The translations under genes and the position numbers were made by a program. The notes under the pieces were generated by a model. It worked only from the letters and a program-made list of their open reading frames with translations, searched no databases and had not been told where the DNA came from. Shown piece by piece: positions 7,384 through 15,719 of a DNA stretch of 53,058 nt; position 1 is the stretch's first letter; each line of letters starts with the position of its first letter. Origin of the DNA: Salinivirgaceae bacterium (lineage in GTDB: Bacteria; Bacteroidota; Bacteroidia; Bacteroidales; SZUA-534); NCBI GenBank assembly GCA_024405635.1, contig JAKSOL010000022.1, positions 1 to 53,058 on the forward strand, written 5' to 3'.

Positions 7384-9540
7384 TTACTTGGCATCTTCGC
7401 CATTAACCATTTCAAAGTTAAGTTGTTTCTTTTCCATATCGGCCGATAGTACACGAATAAACACAGTGTCGCCAAGTGTGTAGCGTTTTTTGTTACGATG
7501 TCCTATAACTGCGAATTCGTTTTCGTCATACTCGTAAAAATCGTCAGTCAAACTGCGTATCGATACCATTCCTTCGCATCGGTTTTCTTTCACTTCAACG
7601 TAAATGCCCCATTGTGTAACGCCCGATACAACACCTTCAAATATGCGGCCCACGTTATCTTTCATAAATTCAACTTGTTTGTATTTGATTGATGCACGCT
7701 CAGCGCTTGCTGCAAGTTGTTCCATTTCTGATGAGTGTTTGCACATACTTTCGTAAACAGTAGAATCAACGCTTTTGCCGCCATCAAGATAGTGGGCAAG
7801 TAAACGGTGAACCATCATGTCGGGATAGCGGCGTATTGGCGATGTAAAGTGAGTGTAGTACTCAAATCCAAGGCCGTAGTGACCTACATTTTTGGTTGAG
7901 TATTCGGCTTTTGCCATTGAGCGCACAGCTAATGTTTCAACTACTGTTTGTTCGGCGTGGCCGCGTACTTCAGTCAACAGTGTGTTTATTGATTTAGCTA
8001 GTTTAGATTTGTTTTTAACTTGTAATTGGTGTCCAAACTTGCGTATAAACGATGCAAACGCCATTAGTTTGTCGGGGTTTGGTTGGTCGTGAATACGATA
8101 AACAAATGTGTTTGGTTTTTTGCCAGGTTCTTTTTTACCTATAAATGTTGCAACGCGTTTGTTTGCTAGCAGCATAAACTCTTCAATCAACTTGTTGCTC
8201 TCTTTGTTTTCTTTGGTGTAAACGCCTACTGGACGAGCATTTTCGTCGAGTATAAACTTTACTTCGGCACGCTCAAACGATATTGATCCGTTTGTAAAAC
8301 GCTCTTTGCGTAGCAGTTGAGCAAGTCGGTTAAGTTCAAGTATTTCGTCTTTAAGGTCTCCTTCGCCAGTTTCAATTACGGCTTGAGCTTCTTCGTAGCT
8401 AAATCTGCGGTTCGATTTTATAACTGTTCTTCCAAACCATTCGTTGATAAGGTTAGCTTCGTTATCAAGTTCAAAAACAGCTGAAAAGCATAGTTTTTCT
8501 TCGTCGGGGCGAAGCGAGCAAAGGTCGTTTGACAAGCATTCGGGTAGCATTGGCACTACGCGGTCAACTAGGTAAACCGAAGTGGCGCGGTTGTATGCTT
8601 CGCTTTCAAGTACAGTGTTTGGACGAACGTAGTGTGTAACATCGGCAATGTGAACTCCAACTTGTACGTTTCCGTTGTCAAGGCGCTGAAACGATAAAGC
8701 ATCGTCAAAATCTTTAGCATCGGCTGGGTCGATAGTAAAGGTAGTTATGTTGCGGAAGTCGCGGCGGCGAGCTATTTCTTCGTTTGTTATTTCACCGTCG
8801 ATATTATTTGCAGCTGTTTCAACGCGTTCGGGGAAATTGTAAGGCAAACCGTATTCGGCAAGTATGGCGTGCATTTCGGTATTGTTTTGTCCTGCAACAC
8901 CTAGCACTTCAACCACTTCGCCTATCGGATTTTTTTGTCGTTCGGTCCACTCGGTAATTTTAACCACTGCCTTTTGTTTGTTTTTGGCTTTGTTGAGTTT
9001 GTCAAGAGGAATAAAAATATCGAATGGCATGTGAGCGCGGTCGGGGATAAGAAAAGCAAAATTTTTCGATACCTCGATTGTGCCGACAAAGGTTGTTCGT
9101 TTGCGTTTTATTATATCAACCACTTCGCCTTCAACTGATTTATGTCCGCGACGCGAATAAACATACACGCGAACAGTGTCGCCTGGCAGCGCGTGGTTTA
9201 GGTTGTTTGCTGCTACGTAAACATCTTGGTCGCATTGTTCAGATACAATATAAGCCGAGCCGCTTGAAGTTATATCAACAATTCCCTCGATGTATGCGGC
9301 TTTAACTTTTTGGCGGAATTTGCCGCGCGAAACCTCTTCTAACTCGCCACTTTCGGCAAGCTCAGTCATGGTTTTATTGAGCAGTTTACGAGTGGCATCG
9401 TCGCTAATATTCAGCAACTTGGCCATTTGTTTGTAGTTGTATTGAGCTCCGCGATTTTCGGCAAATGCGGATATCACTTTTCCAATCAGCGATTTCTTGT
9501 TATCGCCTTTGGCTTTCGATGTTGAATTTAGCTTAGACAT
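7384..9540 (-). CDS. rnr: Ribonuclease R (start trimmed to ATG at 9540)
   Basis: TIDPADAKDFDDALS, LIEEFMLLAN, YTHFTSPIRRYPD and a C-terminal S1 domain. Confidence 0.98.
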   Translation of the reverse strand: MSKLNSTSKAKGDNKKSLIGKVISAFAENRGAQYNYKQMAKLLNISDDATRKLLNKTMTELAESGELEEVSRGKFRQKVKAAYIEGIVDITSSGSAYIVSEQCDQDVYVAANNLNHALPGDTVRVYVYSRRGHKSVEGEVVDIIKRKRTTFVGTIEVSKNFAFLIPDRAHMPFDIFIPLDKLNKAKNKQKAVVKITEWTERQKNPIGEVVEVLGVAGQNNTEMHAILAEYGLPYNFPERVETAANNIDGEITNEEIARRRDFRNITTFTIDPADAKDFDDALSFQRLDNGNVQVGVHIADVTHYVRPNTVLESEAYNRATSVYLVDRVVPMLPECLSNDLCSLRPDEEKLCFSAVFELDNEANLINEWFGRTVIKSNRRFSYEEAQAVIETGEGDLKDEILELNRLAQLLRKERFTNGSISFERAEVKFILDENARPVGVYTKENKESNKLIEEFMLLANKRVATFIGKKEPGKKPNTFVYRIHDQPNPDKLMAFASFIRKFGHQLQVKNKSKLAKSINTLLTEVRGHAEQTVVETLAVRSMAKAEYSTKNVGHYGLGFEYYTHFTSPIRRYPDMMVHRLLAHYLDGGKSVDSTVYESMCKHSSEMEQLAASAERASIKYKQVEFMKDNVGRIFEGVVSGVTQWGIYVEVKENRCEGMVSIRSLTDDFYEYDENEFAVIGHRNKKRYTLGDTVFIRVLSADMEKKQLNFEMVNGEDAK

Positions 9541-10145
9541 ATTATAAAAAATGTGTGAGAGGTTATAAATACAGTTGAAAATCCAAGTGCAAAGCCCCAC
9601 CAAACTTGGCGAGGTGTGTGTGCTTTTAAGTATAGCCTAGCAGTACAAACCAATCCAGCTATTAGAATAAGTATTACCGAAGCATTAAAAATGTTGCTTA
9701 TCCAATACAATTCGGTTGCAAGTACCGATAGTAATCCGCCCATTCCAACAGCATGAATACTAATTTTTGTAAAGTGGGTTACTATAGTTGTAATTACAAC
9801 AGATAGGGTTACGCCTATCATTATTTGCAGAATCATTATTTGCCTGTCGCGCCAAAAATAAATAAGGCTTATTGAGTAAAGTAAAACAGTTAGTAGCAAT
9901 GGAATAATGCGTTCCTTTCTGTTAGGCATGTCGTAGCTTGATATGTAGCCAAATGTTTTTAGCACAACCATAGCAATAAGTGGACTAACAGCTGTAAGCA
10001 TAAACACTCGCAAGCATAAAGCCCAACCAACTATGCCATGGTAAAAAGCACTCATCATTGAATAATGGCAAAGCAAAATGCAAATGATGGTTGGTATCCA
10101 CAATGGATGAAACAGCAGACTTATAATCTTAAAAAACCGATTCAT
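9528..10145 (-). CDS. Multi-pass membrane protein, PAP2-like C-terminus
   Basis: About 7 hydrophobic segments; KISIH and ARLYLKAHTPRQV motifs. Confidence 0.75.
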   Translation of the reverse strand: MNRFFKIISLLFHPLWIPTIICILLCHYSMMSAFYHGIVGWALCLRVFMLTAVSPLIAMVVLKTFGYISSYDMPNRKERIIPLLLTVLLYSISLIYFWRDRQIMILQIMIGVTLSVVITTIVTHFTKISIHAVGMGGLLSVLATELYWISNIFNASVILILIAGLVCTARLYLKAHTPRQVWWGFALGFSTVFITSHTFFIICLS

Positions 10146-10276
10146 ACACAGAATATATTTTCAGGCACAAGGTAATAAAGTTTGTGCAATAGGTATTACT
10201 ACCAATCTGAAATAAGAATCAGCAAAATGCGATATTATAGCATTGATGCCTTAATAGGCAAAGACAAATGGGCAGA

Positions 10277-10999
10277 TTATTGTTGTAGCAATTGCGATAA
10301 AGCTTTTTGCGATGCCTCTTGTTCTGCTTCTTTTTTGCTACTACCCGAGCCAAGAGCAATTCGGTTTCCGTCAACCAAAACTGATGCAAAAAATGTAAGT
10401 ATTGCGTTATCGCGTTCTTCTTCAACCTCAAAAACAACTTTGCGTTTGTTGTGTTGTGCCCATTCAAGCAACCGGCTTTTGTAGTTATTTTCTGTGTTAA
10501 CCACTTCGTGTAGGTTAATGTATTTGCGAATGAGATGCTTGTAAACAAAACGTTGTACAGCTTTGTAGCCGTGGTCGAGATAAAGAGCGCCAACCATTGC
10601 CTCAAATGCATCGCCAAGAATGTTTTTGTTGGTGTTGTAGTTAGCAACATGCGACACTATGAATTTGTCGATACCCAAAGCTAAGGCTAAGTGAGCAAGC
10701 GAGTCGCCATTAACAATTTTGGCACGTGTTTGGGTTAAAAAACCCTCTGGTTTGTCGGGATAATTGTGATATAGATATTCAGCAACAACAGCATCCATCA
10801 CAGCATCGCCAAGGTATTCAAGACGTTCGTTGTTTACCAACTGGCCGTCGTTTAGTTTAAGAGAAGCCGATTTGTGAACTAGAGCTAATTTGTATAGAGA
10901 TTCGTTTTTTGGATATTGGTTAGTTATACGGTGTACAGCCTCTAGAAACTCTTTATCGGTGCTAAAAAATTTTTTAAACTGAAACGAAATAAATCCCAT
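10277..10999 (-). CDS. rnc: Ribonuclease III
   Basis: NERLEYLGDAV signature, GDAFEA and dsRBD (SKKEAEQEAS). Confidence 0.98.
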   Translation of the reverse strand: MGFISFQFKKFFSTDKEFLEAVHRITNQYPKNESLYKLALVHKSASLKLNDGQLVNNERLEYLGDAVMDAVVAEYLYHNYPDKPEGFLTQTRAKIVNGDSLAHLALALGIDKFIVSHVANYNTNKNILGDAFEAMVGALYLDHGYKAVQRFVYKHLIRKYINLHEVVNTENNYKSRLLEWAQHNKRKVVFEVEEERDNAILTFFASVLVDGNRIALGSGSSKKEAEQEASQKALSQLLQQ

Positions 11000-11012
11000 T
11001 AGCCAGAGTCAT

Positions 11013-11051
11013 AAAAAAGAAGAAACACGGCAGAGCGCGCTCTACCATGTT
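11013..11051 (-). terminator. Terminator-like hairpin between fabF and rnc
   Basis: Minus strand AACATGGTAGAG-CGCG-CTCTGCCGTGTT (12 bp, two G-U) then TCTTCTTTTTT. Confidence 0.7.
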
Positions 11052-11079
11052 CCATACTTTAAGCTATTAGTCTATAATA

Positions 11080-12324
11080 CTAAATCTTTTTGAAGATAAC
11101 CGAAGCGTTGTGACCGCCAAAGCCGAAAGTGTTGCTCAATGTAGCACGAATCTCGCGTTTTTGTGCGGTATGCAAGGTCAAGTTCAATTTTGGATCAATT
11201 GCTGGATCTGCCTCTTTGTGGTGAACAGTAGGAGGAACAATACCATCGTTAATTGATTTAACACAGATAGCAGCCTCCATAGCACCAGCGGCGCCAAGCA
11301 AGTGGCCAGTCATTGATTTGGTTGAACTGATGTTTGCTTTGTAAGCAGCATCACCAAATACACGTTGAATAGCCAAAAGTTCTGGAATGTCGCCCACAGG
11401 AGTTGAAGTTCCGTGAACGTTGATGTAATCGATATCGTCAGGAGTCATACCAGCATCTTTAAGTGCACGTTCCATACACAAGGTAGCTCCCAAGCCTTCT
11501 GGGTGAGTTGCAGTAATGTGATATGCGTCGCCGCTCATACCGCCACCAACCATTTCGGCATAAATTTTAGCACCGCGAGCTTTTGCATGCTCATATTCTT
11601 CAAGAATTATGGCAGCACCGCCTTCGCCCATTACAAATCCATCGCGTGTTTTGCAGAATGGACGTGATGCTGATTGATACTCTTCGTTGTTGGTTGAAAG
11701 TGCTTTCATTGAGTTGAAGCCACCAATACCCGAAGGGTTGATTGTTGCCTCTGAACCACCAGAAACAACGATTGTTGCTTTACCCATTCTAATATAGTTG
11801 AATGCGTCTATCAATGCGTTTGTTGAAGATGCACAAGCAGATACTATACCAAAGTTTGGTCCTCTAAAGCCGTTTTCAATTGAGATTTGACCAGCAGCAA
11901 TGTTGCTAATCAATTTAGGAATAAAGAAAGGACTAAAGTTGGCAAATTCGCCGCCAGTTGCATACGAGCTAATCTCGTCGTACAAAGTGATAAGACCACC
12001 GATGCCTGAAGACCAAATAACACCGATTTCGTTTTTGTCAACGCTATCAGGAATATTGGCATCTTTTACAGCCTCGCGCGATGCTATTAGAGCAAATTGC
12101 ACGAAACGGTCAAGTTTACGAGCATCCTTTTTTTCAAAATATTGATTTGGGTCGTAGTTTTTTACTTCGCAAGCAAAGTGGGTTTTAAATTTAGAGGCGT
12201 CAAATTGAGTTATCAATCCGCAGCCACTTTCGCCTGCTTTAATTTTTTCCCATGACTCGGCCATGGTATTTCCTAATGGATTTATACTTCCTAAACCTGT
12301 TACAACAACTCTTTTTAGTTCCAT
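11080..12324 (-). CDS. fabF: Beta-ketoacyl-ACP synthase II
   Basis: RVVVTGLG, SACAS (catalytic Cys), HGTSTP, KSMTGHLLGAAG and NTFGFGGHN. Confidence 0.98.
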   Translation of the reverse strand: MELKRVVVTGLGSINPLGNTMAESWEKIKAGESGCGLITQFDASKFKTHFACEVKNYDPNQYFEKKDARKLDRFVQFALIASREAVKDANIPDSVDKNEIGVIWSSGIGGLITLYDEISSYATGGEFANFSPFFIPKLISNIAAGQISIENGFRGPNFGIVSACASSTNALIDAFNYIRMGKATIVVSGGSEATINPSGIGGFNSMKALSTNNEEYQSASRPFCKTRDGFVMGEGGAAIILEEYEHAKARGAKIYAEMVGGGMSGDAYHITATHPEGLGATLCMERALKDAGMTPDDIDYINVHGTSTPVGDIPELLAIQRVFGDAAYKANISSTKSMTGHLLGAAGAMEAAICVKSINDGIVPPTVHHKEADPAIDPKLNLTLHTAQKREIRATLSNTFGFGGHNASVIFKKI

Positions 12325-12351
12325 ACTCTAAATTTAAAACCCCTTTTGAAA

Positions 12352-12588
12352 TTATTTCATATTTGCTTCGATGTGAGCGATAGCTTCGCCTACAGTTGTG
12401 ATTTTGTCAGCCAAATCATCTGGAATTGCAACGTTGAATTCTTTTTCGAATTCCATGATCAACTCAACAGTGTCAAGTGAATCAGCACCCAAATCGTTGG
12501 TGAAGCTTGCCTCTGGGGTAACTTCGTTTTCGTCAACACCTAATTTGTCAACAATAATTGCTTTTACTCTTGTAGCAACGTCAGACAT
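12352..12588 (-). CDS. acpP: Acyl carrier protein
   Basis: [14 protein letters not shown] phosphopantetheine site. Confidence 0.99.
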   Translation of the reverse strand: MSDVATRVKAIIVDKLGVDENEVTPEASFTNDLGADSLDTVELIMEFEKEFNVAIPDDLADKITTVGEAIAHIEANMK

Positions 12589-12652
12589 AGTAATAAAATT
12601 TTAGTTTGTAAATAATTGTGTTTGTTGTGTGGCTTGAATAGCCTTAAAAAAG

Positions 12653-12724
12653 AGGTTCCGAGCGGATTCGAACCGCTGTACCAGGTTTTGCAGACCTGTG
12701 CCTAAGCCTCTCGGCCACGGAACC
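12653..12724 (-). tRNA. tRNA-Cys (GCA); CCA not encoded
   Basis: Reverse complement GGTTCCGTGGCCGAGAGGCTTAGGCACAGGTCTGCAAAACCTGGTACAGCGGTTCGAATCCGCTCGGAACCT: 7-bp acceptor stem, CAGGT/ACCTG anticodon stem with GCA, TTCGAAT T-loop, U discriminator. Confidence 0.97.
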
Positions 12725-12740
12725 AGTTTGAAAAGCGATG

Positions 12741-12748
12741 CAAACTTA
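12741..12748 (-). promoter_or_regulatory. -7 promoter element for tRNA-Cys (and probably acpP-fabF)
   Basis: TAAGTTTG on the minus strand, 16 nt upstream of the tRNA. Confidence 0.65.
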
Positions 12749-12778
12749 TAAAATTATTTCACTTTCAGTTAATTGTTA

Positions 12779-13162
12779 TTAATTTTTTCCATTTATCTCA
12801 TAATCAGAGCGTTGCATGGTCATTGTTACACTTACCTTGTCAACTTCGCCACCCAATGGCGGCATAAGTTTCGACACTTTTACCTTGGCTTGTGCCACTG
12901 TTGGAAATTTTACCATCACATTTTCTAATATGCGTTTGGCTACATTTTCAAGCAAGTGCGACTTTATTTCCATTTGCTCTTTTACCACTAAAAACACTTG
13001 TTGGTAGTTTACTGCATCTTCAATTGAGTCGGTTTCTGCAGCTTTGCTGCATGGCGCATCTAATTTTAATGTTACTAAAAAACGGTTTCCTACAACTTGC
13101 TCCTCGGCATAACAACCATGGTAAGCGTAAAATTCCATATTTTTTAGTTCAATAACTCCCAT
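12779..13162 (-). CDS. folB: Dihydroneopterin aldolase (start trimmed to ATG at 13162)
   Basis: FYAYHGCYAEEQVVGNRF, DSIEDAVNY, SHLLENVA and KLMPPLGG. Confidence 0.96.
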   Translation of the reverse strand: MGVIELKNMEFYAYHGCYAEEQVVGNRFLVTLKLDAPCSKAAETDSIEDAVNYQQVFLVVKEQMEIKSHLLENVAKRILENVMVKFPTVAQAKVKVSKLMPPLGGEVDKVSVTMTMQRSDYEINGKN

Positions 13163-13233
13163 TGCGTTTTTATTGACATTTTGAATGTTTGCAAACACCG
13201 TGCCAAACGTTGTTATTTTTTTGATGCGCGCAT

Positions 13234-13264
13234 AAAAAAAGCGGACTTTGAAAAAAAGCCCGCC
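13234..13264 (-). terminator. Intrinsic terminator after greA-HIT
   Basis: Minus strand GCGGGCTTT...AAAGTCCGC followed by T7. Confidence 0.75.
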
Positions 13265-13286
13265 TCTTTTGTGTATTGAAAAATTA

Positions 13287-13679
13287 TTAAATATTGCTAG
13301 CAATTTTTGCGGCAATTTGTTCAAACTCAGCAGTTTCTAATTTTAGTTTGTCACCACCAAAGCGTACGTCACTTTCGCTATTCATTGGAATTAAATGAAT
13401 GTGAGCGTGAGGTACTTCAAGTCCAAGAACAACACTTGCTACTTTTTTGCATGGGAAAGTTTTACCAATAGCTTTTGCAATTTTTTGAGCAAATTGGTGC
13501 AATTCGCCTAGTTCAACTGGTTCCAAGTCAAAAATATAGTCAACTTCTTTTTTAGGAATAACTAAAACATGTCCGCGTTGAACAGGATTAATGTCAAGAA
13601 ATGCGAAGTGCTTTTCGTCTTCAGCTACCTTGTAGCAAGGTATTTCACCTTTTATTATGCGTGTGAATATTGATGCCAT
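13287..13679 (-). CDS. HIT family nucleotide hydrolase
   Basis: SIFTRIIKGEIP, GHVLVIPK and HAHIH histidine triad. Confidence 0.97.
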   Translation of the reverse strand: MASIFTRIIKGEIPCYKVAEDEKHFAFLDINPVQRGHVLVIPKKEVDYIFDLEPVELGELHQFAQKIAKAIGKTFPCKKVASVVLGLEVPHAHIHLIPMNSESDVRFGGDKLKLETAEFEQIAAKIASNI

Positions 13680-13684
13680 AATAT

Positions 13685-14164
13685 TTATTCTACAGGGCCA
13701 ATTTCAATTACTTCAAGATTCATTTTTCCTGCGGGGATGGTAATTTCAGCTACTTCGCCTACTTTTTTGCCAACCAAACCTTGTGCTATTGGGGTTTTAA
13801 CCGATATTTTACCCTCTTTAAGGTTAGCTTCAGTTTCTGATACAATGCTATATGTCATTACAGCATTGGTTTTTAGGTTTTTTAGTTTAACCTTAGTTAA
13901 AATTTGAACCTTGCTGTAGTCAATTTTTGACTCATCGATTAGGCGAGAGTTGATAATGGTTTGTTCTAGCTGTGCAATTTTTGCTTCAAGCAGACCTTGT
14001 TCTTCTTTTGCTGCATCGTATTCTGCATTTTCCGAAAGGTCGCCTTTGTCGCGAGCTTCAGCAATTGCTTGTGAGATGCGAGGACGTTCAACTGATTTTA
14101 GATATTCTACTTCTTCAACAAGTTTTTTTAGTCCTGCACTTGTGATGTAGGAAATTTCTGCCAT
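13685..14164 (-). CDS. greA: Transcription elongation factor GreA
   Basis: ARDKGDLSENAEYDAAKE and ISVKTPIAQGLVGK. Confidence 0.98.
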   Translation of the reverse strand: MAEISYITSAGLKKLVEEVEYLKSVERPRISQAIAEARDKGDLSENAEYDAAKEEQGLLEAKIAQLEQTIINSRLIDESKIDYSKVQILTKVKLKNLKTNAVMTYSIVSETEANLKEGKISVKTPIAQGLVGKKVGEVAEITIPAGKMNLEVIEIGPVE

Positions 14165-14190
14165 AGTAATACGTTTTTTCTGATTTTATA

Positions 14191-14243
14191 AAACAAAAAA
14201 GAATTCCACATATCTGTGAAACCCTTTCAACGGCTCAAAGGTG
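14191..14243 (-). promoter_or_regulatory. Putative greA promoter and leader terminator/attenuator
   Basis: Near-consensus CACCTTTG (14243-14236), then hairpin AAAGGGTTTCACA-GATA-TGTGGAATTCTTT with a U-tract ending about 27 nt before the greA ATG. Confidence 0.6.
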
Positions 14244-14294
14244 GGTGTATTTATTCACATTTCCAACTTTAATTTTTTGGCAACACATATTTAA

Positions 14295-14648
14295 TTATGT
14301 GTGCCGGTGGAAATATTTATGGTATGCCAACATAAATTTACGTTTATGTCTGCGATGTTCGTTGTATTGTTCGGCCTTGCAACGGCCCTCGTTCATACGG
14401 TGTTTTGTTTCAAGTGTTTGCTTGTTATAGTTGCGTTGTTCAAAGGCTTCGCTTACCGATAGTTTTCGGTTTAGCATTTTTGCATTTGATGCTAGCATTC
14501 GTTCGTCAATGGTTTGCTTGTGTGAGTATCGAACGTGGCTTTTGGTTTGGTCGTGCAAGTCGATAGAATATTTGTACTGTGCATGGCTTATGCCAGGCAA
14601 GGCCATCAGTATCAAAAATAGTATCTTTGCAAGTGTTTTCACTTTCAA
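14295..14648 (-). CDS. Hypothetical secreted basic protein (probable TTG start at 14648)
   Basis: Reading from the TTG gives signal peptide MKVKTLAKILFLILMALPGISHA-Q and removes overlap with the divergent gene; His/Lys/Arg-rich C-terminus. Confidence 0.6.
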   Translation of the reverse strand: MKVKTLAKILFLILMALPGISHAQYKYSIDLHDQTKSHVRYSHKQTIDERMLASNAKMLNRKLSVSEAFEQRNYNKQTLETKHRMNEGRCKAEQYNEHRRHKRKFMLAYHKYFHRHT

Positions 14649-14652
14649 TTGA

Positions 14653-15099
14653 ATGTTACGATTTGCAAAAATATGTGTTTGGGCGGTTTTGTTGCTCGTT
14701 GTTTTGACAAACGTATCGTGCCATAACGAGATTGATGATGTTGTGCCTTTGGTTGAAGTGAGGGTGCGAATTAACACTTTGTCGGCTAATTACATTGATT
14801 TGCAGAACGATTATGGCCGCGCCATTATTCCCAATGAAGGCTTTGGTAGCAATGGTATTTTAGTGTTTAGAGTGGCTGAAAACGATTATCGTGCGTACGA
14901 TTGTACTTGCACTGCTTGTGTGTCGGCAGGTTGCGCTGTTAAATGTGACGAAGGTAACATTGCTGGTGCTGTATGCGATAGTTGCGGTTCAAAATTTGAA
15001 CTAATTGAGTGCGGAATGCCCACTTCAGGCAAGGCAAAATATGCGCTAAAGAGTTACAGAACTAGTTTTTATGACAATTACTTAAAAATCAGAAATTAA
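14653..15099 (+). CDS. Cys-rich Rieske-like lipoprotein
   Basis: Lipobox NVS-C; GILVFR...YRAYDCTC...CDSCGSKF...G.P..G.AKYALKSY pattern; stop overlaps folK start (TAATG). Confidence 0.7.
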   Translation: MLRFAKICVWAVLLLVVLTNVSCHNEIDDVVPLVEVRVRINTLSANYIDLQNDYGRAIIPNEGFGSNGILVFRVAENDYRAYDCTCTACVSAGCAVKCDEGNIAGAVCDSCGSKFELIECGMPTSGKAKYALKSYRTSFYDNYLKIRN

Positions 15100-15599
15100 T
15101 GGCAAGCGTTTATTTGTGTTTGGGGGGTAATGAGGGCAATACTTTAGCTGTATTTGCAATAGCAATTGATTTGATAAACAGTCGGATAGGAAATGTTGTA
15201 AAAAAGTCGGCATTGTACGAAACTGAACCTTGGGGATTTGAATGCAGCCAAAATTTTGTAAATCAAGTTGTGGCAGTTCAAACCAATTTGCAACCAATTG
15301 ATGTGCTACATATTTGTTTGCAAGTTGAGGCTGAACTAGGTAGAGTAAGGCATGGAGTTCAATACTGCTCGCGTGTTATTGACATTGATATTTTGTTAAT
15401 TGATGATTTGGTTATAAATGAGCCAGAGCTAATTGTTCCGCATCCACGAATGTTACAGCGTCAGTTTGTGCTTCAACCTTTGAACAATATAGCCCCAATG
15501 CTTAATATTCCTAATACCGAATTAACAGTTTCAAGAGCTCTTGAAATATGTACTGACACTTTGGGTTGCAAGTTGTTGCAAGTCAACACTATCAGTTAA
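15099..15599 (+). CDS. folK: HPPK, 2-amino-4-hydroxy-6-hydroxymethyldihydropteridine diphosphokinase
   Basis: YLCLGGNEG, YETEPWG, RVIDIDIL and PHPRMLQRQFVLQPL. Confidence 0.96.
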   Translation: MASVYLCLGGNEGNTLAVFAIAIDLINSRIGNVVKKSALYETEPWGFECSQNFVNQVVAVQTNLQPIDVLHICLQVEAELGRVRHGVQYCSRVIDIDILLIDDLVINEPELIVPHPRMLQRQFVLQPLNNIAPMLNIPNTELTVSRALEICTDTLGCKLLQVNTIS

Positions 15600-15650
15600 T
15601 AAACAACAATTATTCAGTTCGTTTTTGCATTCGGTTTATTTGTTTTAACA

Positions 15651-15710
15651 AGCACAAGTTATATTTGTGCTGATTGATAGTTATTAAGCACAACATGCTT
15701 TACCAATCAG
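15651..15710 (+). promoter_or_regulatory. dnaG promoter overlapped by an inverted repeat, plus leader hairpin
   Basis: TATATTTG at 15660-15667 lies inside AGCACAA-n7-TTGTGCT; CTGATTGATAG/TTACCAATCAG stem at 15670-15710. Confidence 0.5.
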
Positions 15711-15719
15711 TAAATTAGT

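Noticed and set aside
12589-12724. Integrative element at tRNA-Cys
   Set aside because: No integrase, no duplicated tRNA 3' end noticed, and core genes on both sides.
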